From the NCBI GenBank assembly GCA_946965045.2, contig CAMPTO020000005.1, positions 1-64,000 on the forward strand: a DNA stretch of 64,000 bases. Direction: 5' to 3'. This document shows positions 48,657-61,520 of the stretch, in pieces. A program made the translations under genes and the position numbers. The notes below the pieces were generated by a model that saw only the letters and a program-made list of their open reading frames with translations, had not been told where the DNA came from and searched no databases. The DNA is from Epithemia pelagica. Lineage: Eukaryota > Protista > Bacillariophyta. The stretch's first letter is position 1, and each line of letters starts with the position of its first letter.

Positions 48657-49213
48657 TGTTCTAGGTGACATAGTCAGACTAGCGGGTGTGAGATATCCTA
48701 GTAGAGCTAGGGATCCTAGGAAGATATCGCACATGTGCCGAAAGGCCACAAGAACCGGTGGCTCCAGGGCGGGTTAGGGGTATTTTTAAAGCTAGAGAAC
48801 TTTACGGGACCTTCTCGGAGACTGGTTGCTGAAAAGCTCGTTCCAAGAATTGTGTGCTCCTCACGTTCGAAGTCTGAGGAGAATGACTGAGCTGGGACGT
48901 GCAGGCTTGATGGGGGGAACGCCTGGCGGGTGGCTTGCGCACTCTAGCCATCTGCTCAGAGAACTAAGAGTTCCACCTGCGAGACACACCAACCCATTAC
49001 AAACAACGTGCGGTACCCCTATATGGATCCCGCCATACGTGTCGCCACGTTCCATTCACGGTTCGCGTTCTTGACACTGAGACATGAATCTTGCGCCATC
49101 TGGCTGTTCCTCCTCCAGTCATTTCTCGTCGCACGTGGCACTGTGGATTCCTCATTCCCCCTAATTCCTCGTAATTCCTAAAGATCACAATTTTTTTACC
49201 GTGCTAGTTTACA
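48657..49213 (+). repeat. Candidate 5' LTR of the gypsy element (start uncertain, partner LTR beyond the window)
   Basis: Ends ...gtttaCA followed by TGG (49214), ~135 bp before the gag ATG. A TG start at 48657 or 48734 cannot be resolved. Confidence 0.35.
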
Positions 49214-49348
49214 TGGGTATGGCACTCTGATCAGAAGCTCGAAAACTTCCCCCAACACTCTTTCACCATAACCACCTGCCGTTCTTTGGCCGATCCTCGT
49301 TGATCTCATCATCCTTTGATTCCTTTCCTTTCCTTTTGCAGTCTCATC

Positions 49349-49942
49349 ATGAGCACAGGATCTTCCCTCGTCTCCCTTGCGGATGTTCAACGCTTCCAAA
49401 AGCGCTTTGATCAAGCCTCATCTTCAGATTCTTCCTCTGCTCTTTCCACCCTCAAGATGAAAGACGACGACGATGACAAGTACTACGTCCGTCTCTTGCC
49501 ATTCCGCGATGGCGTGGACGAAGAGCCCTCGAATCTCTTCCTGTGTGTCCTCCATTTTGTTGACAAGGTCAAGATCTCCGGTCATCCAGAGCCCTTTGCT
49601 GCCTGTTGCACCTACTTTCCCCGTGTTACCACAAGTCTCGTAGCGGACAAGTTTCATGATGCATTCCAGGCCTTGCCTGATGGCGCCGACCTCGATGAGG
49701 CGTGTTTCAAACGGTTGATTGCTACGATCTTCGAACCCAAGTTGACGGTTTCCGAAGTCAATGCCTTTCGGGCACACCTTCTTAGCGGTCCTCGCAAGCC
49801 ACCTGATATGACCGTGGATATCCATTATCACACCCTCCAGAAGATTTCCAACGGTCTCCGTTACTTGTCTAACGACAACGCTGTCCAAACCCTCACTGAC
49901 GATGAGTTGAAGCAAGCCTTCTATCTCGGCTCCCCTGTTGCT
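49349..49942 (+). mobile_element. gag: Ty3/gypsy gag, N-terminal part
   Basis: RKPPDMTVDIHYHTLQKISNGLRYL...LTDDELKQAFYLGSPVA matches the diatom gypsy gag core. It is cut off by the satellite. Confidence 0.75.
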
Positions 49943-52900
49943 CATAGGCTCTGAACTCGTGTATCCCAGACCAAAAGTCTTGTTGTAGACCATACAAGTG
50001 TCGCGTTGTCGATGTCCCAAGCTTCCATGGACATGGAGCAAAGACGTTGTCGATGTCCCAAATTACCATGGACATGGAGCAAAGACTCTCTTCTATAACT
50101 CGAATCGCTCCAAATATTGGTAGAGACACTTGGGGTATCATAGACATCGACGTCATAGGCTCTGAACTCGTCTATCGCGGACCAAAAGTCTTGTTGTAGA
50201 CCATACCGGTCTTGCGTTGTCGTTGTACCAAATTACCATGGACATGGAGCAAAGACACCCTTCTATAACTTGAATCGCTCCAAATTTCGGTAGAGTTACT
50301 TGGGGTATCATAGGAATGGACGTCATAGGCTCTGAACGCGATAAGCATGGATGTCATTGGCTCTGAACTCGTCTATCGCGGACCAAAAGTCTTGTTGTAG
50401 ACCATACCGGTGTCGTGTTGTCGATGTCCCAAACTTCCATGGACATGGAGCAAAGACACCCTTCTATAACTTGAATCGCTCCAAATTTCGCTAGAGACAC
50501 TTGGGGTATCATAGGCATGGATGTCATAGGCTCTGAACTCGTCTATCGCGGACCAAAGGTCTTGTTGTAGACCATACCAGTGTCGCGTTGTTGATGTACC
50601 AAACTTCCATGGTCATGGAGCAAAGACAGCCTTCTATAACTTGAATCGCTCCAAATTTCGCTAGAGACACTTGGGATATCATAGGCATGGATGTCATAGG
50701 CTCTCAACTCGTCTATCGCGGACCAAAAGTCATGTTGTAAACCATACCGGTCTTGCGTTGTCGTTGTACCAAATTACTATGGACATGGAGCAAAGACACC
50801 CTTCTATAACTTGAATCGCTCCAAATTTCGCTAGAGACACTTGGGGTATCATAGGCATGGATGTCATAGGCTCTGAACTCGTCTATCGCGGACCAAAGGT
50901 CTTGTTGTAGACCATACCAGTGTCGCGTTGTCGATGTACCAAATTACCATGGACATGGAGCAAAGACACCCTTCTATAACTTGAATCGCTCCAAATTTCG
51001 CTAGAGACACTTGGGATATCATAGGCATGAATGTCATAGGCTCTGAACTCGTCTATCGCGGACCAAAAGTCTTGTTGTAGACCATACCAGTGTCGCGTTG
51101 TCGATGTCCCAAATTACCATGGACATGGAGCAAAGACTCTCTTCTATAACTCGAATCGCTCCAAATATTGGTAGAGACACTTGGGGTATCATAGGCATGG
51201 ATGTCATAGGCTCTGAACTCGTGTATCGCGGACCAAAAGTCTTGTTGTAGACCATACCGGTCTTGCGTTGTCGTTGTACCAAATTACCATGGACATGGAG
51301 CAAAGACACCCTTCTATAACTTGAATCGCTCCAAATTTCGGTAGAGTTACTTGGGGTATCATAGGAATGGACGTCATAGGCTCTGAACGCGATAAGCATG
51401 GATGTCATTGGCTCTGAACTAGTGTCGCGTTGTCGATGTCCCAAGCTTCCATGGACATGGAGCAAAGACGTTGTCGATGTCCCAAATTACCATGGACATG
51501 GAGCAAAGACTCTCTTCTATAACTCGAATCGCTCCAAATATTGGTAGAGACACTTGGGGTATCATAGGCATGGATGTCATAGGCTCTGAACTCGTGTATC
51601 GCAGACCAAAAGTCTTGTTGTAGACCATACAAGTGTCGCGTTGTCGATGTCCCAAACTTCCATGGACATGGAGCAAAGACACCCTTCTATAACTTGAATC
51701 GCTCCAAATATTGGTAGAGACACTTGGGGTATCATAGACATGGATGTCATAGGCTCTGAACTCGTCTATCGCGGACCAAAAGTCTTGTTGTAGACCATAC
51801 CGGTCTTGCGTTGTCGTTGTACCAAATTACCATGGACATGGAGCAAAGACACCCTTCTATAACTTGAATCGCTCCAAATTTCGGTAGAGTTACTTGGGGT
51901 ATCATAGGAATGGACGTCATAGGCTCTGAACGCGATAAGCATGGATGTCATAGGCTCTGAACTCGTCTATCGCGGACCAAAAGTCTTGTTGTAGACCATA
52001 CCGGTGTCGTGTTGTCGATGTCCCAAACTTCCATGGACATGGAGCAAAGACAGCCTTCTATAACTTGAATCGCTCCAAATTTCGGTAGAGACACTTGGGG
52101 TATCATAGGCATGGATCTCATAGGCTCTGAACTCGTCTATCGCGGACCAAAAGTCTTGTTGTAGACCATACCGGTCTTGCGTTGTCGTTGTACCAAATTA
52201 CCATGGACATGGAGCAAAGACACCCTTCTATAACTTGAATCGCTCCAAATTTCGCTAGAGACACTTGGGGTATCATAGGCATGGATGTCATAGGCTCTGA
52301 ACTCGTCTATCGCGGACCAAAGGTCTTGTTGTAGACCATACCAGTGTCGCGTTGTCGATGTACCAAATTACCATGGACATGGAGCAAAGACACCCTTCTA
52401 TAACTTGAATCGCTCCAAATTTCGCTAGAGACACTTGGGATATCATAGGCATGAATGTCATAGGCTCTGAACTCGTCTATCGCGGACCAAAAGTCTTGTT
52501 GTAGACCATACCAGTGTCGCGTTGTCGATGTCCCAAATTACCATGGACATGGAGCAAAGACTCTCTTCTATAACTCGAATCGCTCCAAATATTGGTAGAG
52601 ACACTTGGGGTATCATAGACATCGACGTCATAGGCTCTGAACTCGTGTATCGCGGACCAAAAGTCTTGTTGTAGACCATACCGGTCTTGCGTTGTCGTTG
52701 TACCAAATTACCATGGACATGGAGCAAAGACACCCTTCTATAACTTGAATCGCTCCAAATTTCGGTAGAGTTACTTGGGGTATCATAGGAATGGACGTCA
52801 TAGGCTCTGAACGCGATAAGCATGGATGTCATTGGCTCTGAACTAGTGTCGCGTTGTCGATGTCCCAAGCTTCCATGGACATGGAGCAAAGACGTTGTCG

Positions 52901-55900
52901 ATGTCCCAAATTACCATGGACATGGAGCAAAGACTCTCTTCTATAACTCGAATCGCTCCAAATATTGGTAGAGACACTTGGGGTATCATAGGCATGGATG
53001 TCATAGGCTCTGAACTCGTGTATCGCAGACCAAAAGTCTTGTTGTAGACCATACAAGTGTCGCGTTGTCGATGTCCCAAACTTCCATGGACATGGAGCAA
53101 AGACACCCTTCTATAACTTGAATCGCTCCAAATATTGGTAGAGACACTTGGGGTATCATAGACATGGATGTCATAGGCTCTGAACTCGTCTATCGCGGAC
53201 CAAAAGTCTTGTTGTAGACCATACCGGTCTTGCGTTGTCGTTGTACCAAATTACCATGGACATGGAGCAAAGACACCCTTCTATAACTTGAATCGCTCCA
53301 AATTTCGGTAGAGTTACTTGGGGTATCATAGGAATGGACGTCATAGGCTCTGAACGCGATAAGCATGGATGTCATAGGCTCTGAACTCGTCTATCGCGGA
53401 CCAAAAGTCTTGTTGTAGACCATACCGGTGTCGTGTTGTCGATGTCCCAAACTTCCATGGACATGGAGCAAAGACACCCTTCTATAACTTGAATCGCTCC
53501 AAATTTCGGTAGAGACACTTGGGGTATCATAGGCATGGATCTCATAGGCTCTGAACTCGTCTATCGCGGACCAAAAGTCTTGTTGTAGACCATACCGGTC
53601 TTGCGTTGTCGTTGTACCAAATTACCATGGACATGGAGCAAAGACACCCTTCTATAACTTGAATCGCTCCAAATTTCGCTAGAGACACTTGGGGTATCAT
53701 AGGCATGGATGTCATAGGCTCTGAACTCGTCTATCGCGGACCAAAGGTCTTGTTGTAGACCATACCAGTGTCGCGTTGTCGATGTACCAAACTTCCATGG
53801 TCATGGAGCAAAGACAGCCTTCTATAACTTGAATCGCTCCAAATTTCGCTAGAGACACTTGGGATATCATAGGCATGAATGTCATAGGCTCTGAACTCGT
53901 CTATCGCGGACCAGAAGTCTTGTTGTAGACCATACAAGTGTCGCGTTGTCGATGTCCCAAATTACCATGGACATGGAGCAAAGACACCCTTCTATAACTT
54001 GAATCGCTCCAAATATTGGTAGAGACACTTGGGGTATCATAGGCATGGATGTCATAGGCTCTGAACTCGTGTATCGCAGACCAAAAGTCTTGTTGTAGAC
54101 CATACAAGTGTCGCGTTGTCGATGTCCCAATTTTCCATGGACATGGAGCAAAGACACCCTTCTATAACTTGAATCGCTTCAAATATTGGTAGAGACACTT
54201 GGGGTATCATAGACATCGACGTCATAGGCTCTGAACTCGTCTATCGCGGACCAAAAGTCTTGTTGTAGACCATACCGGTCTTGCGTTGTCGTTGTACCAA
54301 ATTACCATGGACATGGAGCAAAGACACCCTTCTATAACTTGAATCGCTCCAAATTTCGGTAGAGTTACTTGGGGTATCATAGGAATGGACGTCATAGGCT
54401 CTGAACGCGATAAGCATGGATGTCATTGGCTCTGAACTCGTCTATCGCGGACCAAAAGTCTTGTTGTAGACCATACCGGTGTCGTGTTGTCGATGTCCCA
54501 AACTTCCATGGACATGGAGCAAAGACACCCTTCTATAACTTGAATCGCTCCAAATTTCGGTAGAGACACTTGGGGTATCATAGGCATGGATGTCATAGGC
54601 TCTGAACTCGTGTATCGCAGACCAAAAGTCTTGTTGTAGACCATAACGGTCTTGCGTTGTCGTTGTACCAAATTACCATGGACATGGAGCAAAGACACCC
54701 TTCTATAACTTGAATCGCTCCAAATTTCGCTAGAGACACTTGGGGTATCATAGGCATGGATGTCATAGGCTCTGAACTCGTCTATCGCAGACCAAAAGTC
54801 TTGTTGTAGACCATACCGGTCTTGCGTTGTCGTTGTACCAAACTTCCATGGACATGGAGCAAAGACAGCCTTCTATAACTTGAATCGCTCCAAATTTCGC
54901 TAGAGACACTTGGGATATCATAGGCATGAATGTCATAGGCTCTGAACTCGTCTATCGCGGTCCAAAAGTCTTGTTGTAGACCATACCAGTGTCGCGTTGT
55001 CGATGTCCCAAATTACCATGGACATGGAGCAAAGACTCTCTTCTATAACTCGAATCGCTCCAAATATTGGTAGAGACACTTGGGGTATCATAGGCATGGA
55101 TGTCATAGGCTCTGAACTCGTGTATCGCAGACCAAAAGTCTTGTTGTAGACCATACAAGTGTCGCGTTGTCGATGTCCCAAACTTCCATGGACATGGAGC
55201 AAAGACACCCTTCTATAACTTGAATCGCTCCAAATATTGGTAGAGACACTTGGGGTATCATAGACATGGACGTCATAGGCTCTGAACTCGTCTATCGCGG
55301 ACCAAAAGTCTTGTTGTAGACCATACAGGTCTTGTGTTGTCGTTGTACCAAATTACCATGGACATGGAGCAAAGACACCCTTCTATAACTTGAATCGCTC
55401 CAAATTTCGGTAGAGTTACTTGGGGTATCATAGGAATGGACGTCATAGGCTCTGAACTCGTGTATCGCGGACCAAAAGTCTTGTTGTAGACCATACCGAT
55501 GTGGCGTTTTCGATGTCCCAAACTTCCATGGACATGGAGCAAAGACACCCTTCTATAACTTGAATCACTCCAAATATTGGTAGAGACACTTGGGATATCA
55601 TAGGCATGGATGTCATAGGCTCTGAACTCGTCTATCGCGAACCAAAGGTCTTGTTGTAGACCATACCAGTGTCGCGTTGTAGATGTACCAAACTTCCATG
55701 GACATGGAGCAAAGACACCCTTCTATAACTTGAATCGCTCCAAATTTCGCTCGAGACACTTGGGATATCATAGGCATGGATGTCATAGGCTCTGAACTCG
55801 TGTATCGCGGACCAAAAGTCTTGTTGTAGACCATACCAGTGTCGCGTTGTCGATGTACCAAACTTCCATGGTCATGGAGCAAAGACACCCTTCTATAACT

Positions 55901-58440
55901 TGAATCGCTCCAAATTTCGCTAGAGACACTTGGGATATCATAGGCATGGATGTCATAGGCTTTGAACTCGTCTATCGCGGACCAAAAGTCTTGTTGTAGA
56001 CCATACCAGTGTCGTGTTGTCGATGTCCCAAACTTCCATGGACATGGAGCAAAGACACCCTTCTATAACTTAAATCGCTCCAAATTTCGCTAGAGACACT
56101 TGGGGTATCATAGGCATGGATGTCATAGGCTCTGAACTCGTGTATCCCAGCCCAAAAGTCTTGTTGTAGACCATACAAGTGTCGCGTTGTCGATGTCCCA
56201 AGCTTCCATGGACATGCAGCAAAGACACCCTTCTATAACTTGAATCGCTCCAAATATTGGTAGAGACACTTGGGGTATCATAGACATGGACGTCATAGGC
56301 TCTGAACTCGTCTATCGCGGACCAAAAGTCTTGTTGTAGACCATACCGGTCTTGCGTTGTCGTTGTACCAAATTACCGTGGACATGGAGCAAAGACACCC
56401 TTCTATAACTTGAATCGCTCCAAATTTCGGTAGAGTTACTTGGGGTATCATAGGAATGGACGTCATAGGCTCTGAACGCGATAAGCATGGATGTCATAGG
56501 CTCTGAACTCGTCTATCGCGAACCAAAGGTCTTGTTGTAGACCATACCAGTGTCGCGTTGTAGATGTACCAAACTTCCATGGACATGGAGCAAAGACACC
56601 CTTCTATAACTTGAATCGCTCCAAATTTCGCTCGAGACACTTGGGATATCATAGGCATGGATGTCATAGGCTCTGAACTCGTGTATCGCGGACCAAAAGT
56701 CTTGTTGTAGACCATACCAGTGTCGCGTTGTCGATGTACCAAACTTCCATGGTCATGGAGCAAAGACACCCTTCTATAACTTGAATCGCTCCAAATTTCG
56801 CTAGAGACACTTGGGATATCATAGGCATGGATGTCATAGGCTTTGAACTCGTCTATCGCGGACCAAAAGTCTTGTTGTAGACCATACCAGTGTCGTGTTG
56901 TCGATGTCCCAAACTTCCATGGACATGGAGCAAAGACACCCTTCTATAACTTAAATCGCTCCAAATTTCGCTAGAGACACTTGGGGTATCATAGGCATGG
57001 ATGTCATAGGCTCTGAACTCGTGTATCCCAGCCCAAAAGTCTTGTTGTAGACCATACAAGTGTCGCGTTGTCGATGTCCCAAGCTTCCATGGACATGCAG
57101 CAAAGACACCCTTCTATAACTTGAATCGCTCCAAATATTGGTAGAGACACTTGGGGTATCATAGACATGGACGTCATAGGCTCTGAACTCGTCTATCGCG
57201 GACCAAAAGTCTTGTTGTAGACCATACCGGTCTTGCGTTGTCGTTGTACCAAATTACCGTGGACATGGAGCAAAGACACCCTTCTATAACTTGAATCGCT
57301 CCAAATTTCGGTAGAGTTACTTGGTGTATCATGGGAATGGACGTCATAGGCTCTGAACTCGTGTATCGCGGACCAAAAGTCTTGTTGTAGACCATACCGA
57401 TGTGGCGTTTTCGATGTCCCAAACTTCCATGGACATGGAGCAAAGACACCCTTCTATAACTTGAATCACTCCAAATATTGGTAGAGACACTTGGGGTATC
57501 ATAGGCATGGATGTCATAGGCTCTGAACTCGTGTATCGCGGACCAAAAGTCATGTTGTAGACCATACCGGTCTTGCGTTGTCGTTGTACCAAATTACCAT
57601 GGACATGGAGCAAAGACACCCTTCTATAACTTGAATCGCTCCAAATTTCGCTAGAGACATTTGGGATATCATAGGCATGAATGTCATAGGCTCCGAACTC
57701 GTCTTTCGCGGACCAAAAGTCTTGTTGTAGACCATACCGGTGTCGCGTTGTCCATGTCCCAAACTTCCATGGACATGGAGCGAAGACAGCCTTCTATAAC
57801 TTAAATCGCTCCAAATATTGGTAGATACACTTGGCGTCTCGTTGTAGGCCATACCAGTATCGCGTTTTCGTTGTCTCAACCTTCCATGAGGGGTATGGAG
57901 CAACAACACCCTTCTATGACTTGAAGCGCTCCAAAATTCTGTACAGACACTTGCGGTATCGTAGGCATGGACGTCATAGGCGCTGAATTCGTCTATCATT
58001 GACGTAAATTATTGTTGTAGACCACACCGGTGCGGTGTTGTCGTCGTCCCAATCTTCCATAGACTTTTTGGAACAAAGACATTTTTCTTTTCATCTAATC
58101 GACCCAGGTATTGGTACATATCCTCGGGATATCATAGCCATGTGTACCATAGGCTCTGATCTCATGTGCCGTCAAGACAAAGGCTTGCAATAGATTAGAT
58201 CGGTTTGGCGTTGTCGTTGTGCCAAAGTTGTATGGACATGGAGCAAAGAGATCCTTCTCTTCATGGAATCGGTCCAGATTTTGGAAGAGACCCATAGTGT
58301 CTCATTTTTATGGATACCATAGGATCTGATCTCGTGATCTGTGACGAGAAAGGCTTGCAATAGACCATACCGATATAGCGTTGGCCTTGACATTGTCCAA
58401 AAATTTCGTACGCTCATTTCATCCTCCATTGATTCGTATG
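49943..58440. repeat. 170-bp tandem satellite, ~50 monomers, ~8.5 kb, with higher-order blocks
   Basis: tcataggctctgaactcg recurs every 170 bp (e.g. 54591 vs 54761). Duplicated blocks at 1424-bp and 881-bp offsets. Monomers diverge after ~57800. Confidence 0.97.
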
Positions 58441-58618
58441 ACAAAGCAAACAAGACTCAGAAATTCTTAGCGTTATTTGAATTTTTCCCCATAAAAACGA
58501 TAAGAACTGAGAGATAGTCAGGATCAGTTGTTTTCTCTGAAGTACATCTTCTTCCAACCGCAAACAGAAATCCTCGCACCATTACTCTTCAAGAAGACCG
58601 TTCGATATCGTATAAAAG

Positions 58619-59494
58619 ATGGAAGACTCGTCTTGGTTGAATACTGTTGCAATATGGAATCTCATCTCGAATACACGATTTGATGTTGAAACTTCGTTTT
58701 GTCTTCGTAGCAGTGATAGGAATGTTGTTCTCACTGAAGATGTTGCAGCGGCAGCCGAAGGAATCAAAAACGAATTCAAGGATCTTGTAGACAAGATTAT
58801 TAATCACGAGGGACGACTTGATGTGATTTCCATTATGAATGGTAATAAGGAGGGATATACAGAAGAGCACCAGTGTCAGATGGGCACATGGGCAGACAGA
58901 CCGGAATTCCTTGACGGACCCTTCATCTGGAAACAAAACTTCCTCGAGACATGTCTTGTTTGCGGTAAATTCACCTGTAATCAACAGGTAACAAGATACA
59001 CATGCAAACATTGTTTCCGTCCTTTACAAGTACCTGGGTCGTCTTCATCTTGTGATACCACTTGTGCAAAGACTCCCTGTACTTCATCCATGAACATGTC
59101 CTTCGTATGGGAGTTCTGTATGACTTTAAGAGAGGCATTCCAAGCGTGGTTTGACTTCCACAAGTTTGGAAAAAACAGAAAGATTCCCTTTTTTGAATAT
59201 ATCCCAGCCGAAACTTGTGGCATCTTGACAAAAACGGTCGGTAAAGTATGGAGAGAAAAATTGGAGCCTTATTACAACGAGGATACCAAGTGGCGTAGTC
59301 CATCTCATTTCATTCACACCGAGAAACAATGGGCATTGTGGCTGATTTCTTCACCACCTGGTTGCTCCTTTCGCAACTATATGCCTATTTTTACTGCATG
59401 TTATCACATAGCGCAGGAAAATCCAAAGAAACACGCTGCTGGTGTACCACACCAGAGTGCTCGTAAGAAGCAAAAGACGTGGAATGCTCCTTGA
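58619..59494 (+). CDS. Hypothetical 291-aa protein with a Cys-rich Zn-finger-like segment
   Basis: Intact ORF. CLVCGKFTC...YTCKHC...C..C, plus a basic C-terminus (RKKQK). Confidence 0.6.
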   Translation: MEDSSWLNTVAIWNLISNTRFDVETSFCLRSSDRNVVLTEDVAAAAEGIKNEFKDLVDKIINHEGRLDVISIMNGNKEGYTEEHQCQMGTWADRPEFLDGPFIWKQNFLETCLVCGKFTCNQQVTRYTCKHCFRPLQVPGSSSSCDTTCAKTPCTSSMNMSFVWEFCMTLREAFQAWFDFHKFGKNRKIPFFEYIPAETCGILTKTVGKVWREKLEPYYNEDTKWRSPSHFIHTEKQWALWLISSPPGCSFRNYMPIFTACYHIAQENPKKHAAGVPHQSARKKQKTWNAP

Positions 59495-59533
59495 ATTTGT
59501 TTTTCCTTGGTGATGAATGCATCCAGAAAGAAT

Positions 59534-61147
59534 TTATAATGTTCCGCTACGAATGCCTTGAACCGTTTTGGTTATACCATGGTCCTCTCTTGTTTCGTTG
59601 ACAGTTGCATTCATAGACCTGGAACTTACTGCCCAAAACCAACTAATAGTGTCGTTCTTCATGTTCCCATCTGTATGTTGTCTTTGTTTGTGTATTGACG
59701 TTCCATGCCGGATCACACGTCCATCCCATAGAACCGAAACCCCATGAAATAGTTGTATACAAAGACCATGGTATGTAGTACCATCATATTCCACAAGAAT
59801 ATTCGGCAAAACAAAGAACCAATTTTGGGAGTCACCTGGGATTGTCTCTGTCCAGATTGCGAATGAAACAGAACCATCGTGAACATCATAGTGTGTCGTG
59901 TTCATGAGGTTCAAACTCAGGGTAATGGCTGAGGTCATACCTCCGACTCTTCCTCCGAATTCACTAGGCATTTCTTCGCCAGCTGAATCTTCTAGATACC
60001 GGAATGTTGGAATCACCCCAGGATATTCGCGTTCACAGAACCTTTTTGCCGCTGTACTTATTTTCGGCAGTATCATCGATAATGTCTTGTCCTTTGTAAA
60101 TAATTTCTCGGAAACGAAAGTAGAACCGTTTCCTCTTGTCGCAGTATTACCAACAGTAGTCATAGATCCTAAGTCTCCCTTATTACATCTGGCATTGGCC
60201 GCCTTTCTCAGAGACCCAGTACGTGTAAATTCCCTTGCTCTGTGGTGTAATAGGTCCAACAACGTCTGGTCTTTCCGTAACAGAGATGTCACTCGAATGT
60301 AACTAAGTGACTCTGGTCTCCCATCATTTCGGCGTGTCCGAACAATGAAAGTAATGTTTCCCCGAATACGATGGTCGTATACCAGTGGCCTTGGGTGTGT
60401 ACCGGACGACATTTGCAACCATAGGTTTCGATGCAAAGCACCACTAACATATCTCCGACTCCCTTTCTTATCTGAGTCATTCCTGGTTATAATCAGCCTT
60501 GTTCGATATTGTTCCCGTGACATGTGATGTGTCATCGACTGTTTATTCCCTGGCTTTTCGATCTTTCCCTTGTCATCGAGGTACACGTCAGGAGGTAAAA
60601 GTGGGCTCCCATCCTCCACATCGGACCATTGGTAACATTCCTTCACAGTTTTGTCATTATTAGTAAGATGTTCACCCCAATCTAGACTCCAACAACGATG
60701 AATCTTTTTCAAGAATGCATTACTTGCAGGTTGGCCATCTTTGTGTCGCAGACGTAACCAAGACAACGGTAGTGGGACTGATGACGATGTGATGTTGGAC
60801 GACCTTGATAGTTCTTGAAATTGACGCACACATGTATAAAAAACCCCAGCCAAAGGGAAGAGGATAATAATATCTCTGAAGAGGTGATCATTTTCGTCAA
60901 GACATAAGTTTTTGTTAGTCCGAATCATCATGACAGGATCTTTGAATATAGAGGACGACACATGTGTTGTCTTTTTCCTGATTTCTCTATATCTTGTCCT
61001 CGACAAGGTACATTCCAATATGAATGCATTGTGGATCGTTTTAGTTACAAGACCCACCGGGATTTGAGTAACAATCATAGGACAACATTCTGGTATAATG
61101 TTCGAATGACTGACAACGTCATCTCTTGTCTCCACAACATCATCCAT
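59534..61147 (-). CDS. TET/JBP-like 2OG-Fe(II) dioxygenase (true N-terminus may extend upstream via introns)
   Basis: LMNTTHYDVHD (HxD at 59885-59893), FFVLPN, IQLFHGVSVLWDGRVIRHGTS (distal His 59705-59707) have the double-stranded beta-helix spacing of TET/JBP enzymes. Confidence 0.7.
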   Translation of the reverse strand: MDDVVETRDDVVSHSNIIPECCPMIVTQIPVGLVTKTIHNAFILECTLSRTRYREIRKKTTHVSSSIFKDPVMMIRTNKNLCLDENDHLFRDIIILFPLAGVFYTCVRQFQELSRSSNITSSSVPLPLSWLRLRHKDGQPASNAFLKKIHRCWSLDWGEHLTNNDKTVKECYQWSDVEDGSPLLPPDVYLDDKGKIEKPGNKQSMTHHMSREQYRTRLIITRNDSDKKGSRRYVSGALHRNLWLQMSSGTHPRPLVYDHRIRGNITFIVRTRRNDGRPESLSYIRVTSLLRKDQTLLDLLHHRAREFTRTGSLRKAANARCNKGDLGSMTTVGNTATRGNGSTFVSEKLFTKDKTLSMILPKISTAAKRFCEREYPGVIPTFRYLEDSAGEEMPSEFGGRVGGMTSAITLSLNLMNTTHYDVHDGSVSFAIWTETIPGDSQNWFFVLPNILVEYDGTTYHGLCIQLFHGVSVLWDGRVIRHGTSIHKQRQHTDGNMKNDTISWFWAVSSRSMNATVNETREDHGITKTVQGIRSGTL

Positions 61148-61187
61148 GTCTTGGCCCTTGTTCCAATTGAGAAGGGGTAGCAACACA

Positions 61188-61520
61188 GCAATCCAACAGG
61201 GTCTTGGTCGATGGAAATGGAGGGGTGAAGGAAGAGGGTGCACCAACTTGGTGTCTTTTTGCCCTTTGTTCAATTGAATCCTCACCAATCCGACCGTTCA
61301 GATCGTTGAAAATGGTCTTCTGGGATAATAGGAGGGAAGAAGCAGCGGCAATCCAGCAATCCAACCAGTTTTGGTCGATGGAAATTGATGGGAGAATGAA
61401 ATGGGTGCACCAACTTGGTGTCTTCGCCCTTTTTCAAACAGAACCACCAATCCAGTCGTTCAGAGCGTTGAAAATTGTCTTGTGGGATGATAGGAGGGAA
61501 GAAATAGTTGCCAAACAGCG
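61188..61520. repeat. Two diverged ~168-bp tandem copies upstream of the dioxygenase ORF
   Basis: gcaatccaac...tggtcgatggaaat...gggtgcaccaacttggtgtctt occurs at 61188 and 61356. Confidence 0.8.

Noticed and set aside
49943-58440. CRISPR array or repeat-protein gene in the 170-bp array
   Set aside because: There are no unique spacers. 170 is not a multiple of 3 and the reading frames hit stops repeatedly, so the many short ORFs are by-products of the repeat.
61188-61520. Common origin of the 168-bp duplication and the 170-bp satellite
   Set aside because: Only short chance matches with inconsistent spacing on either strand.
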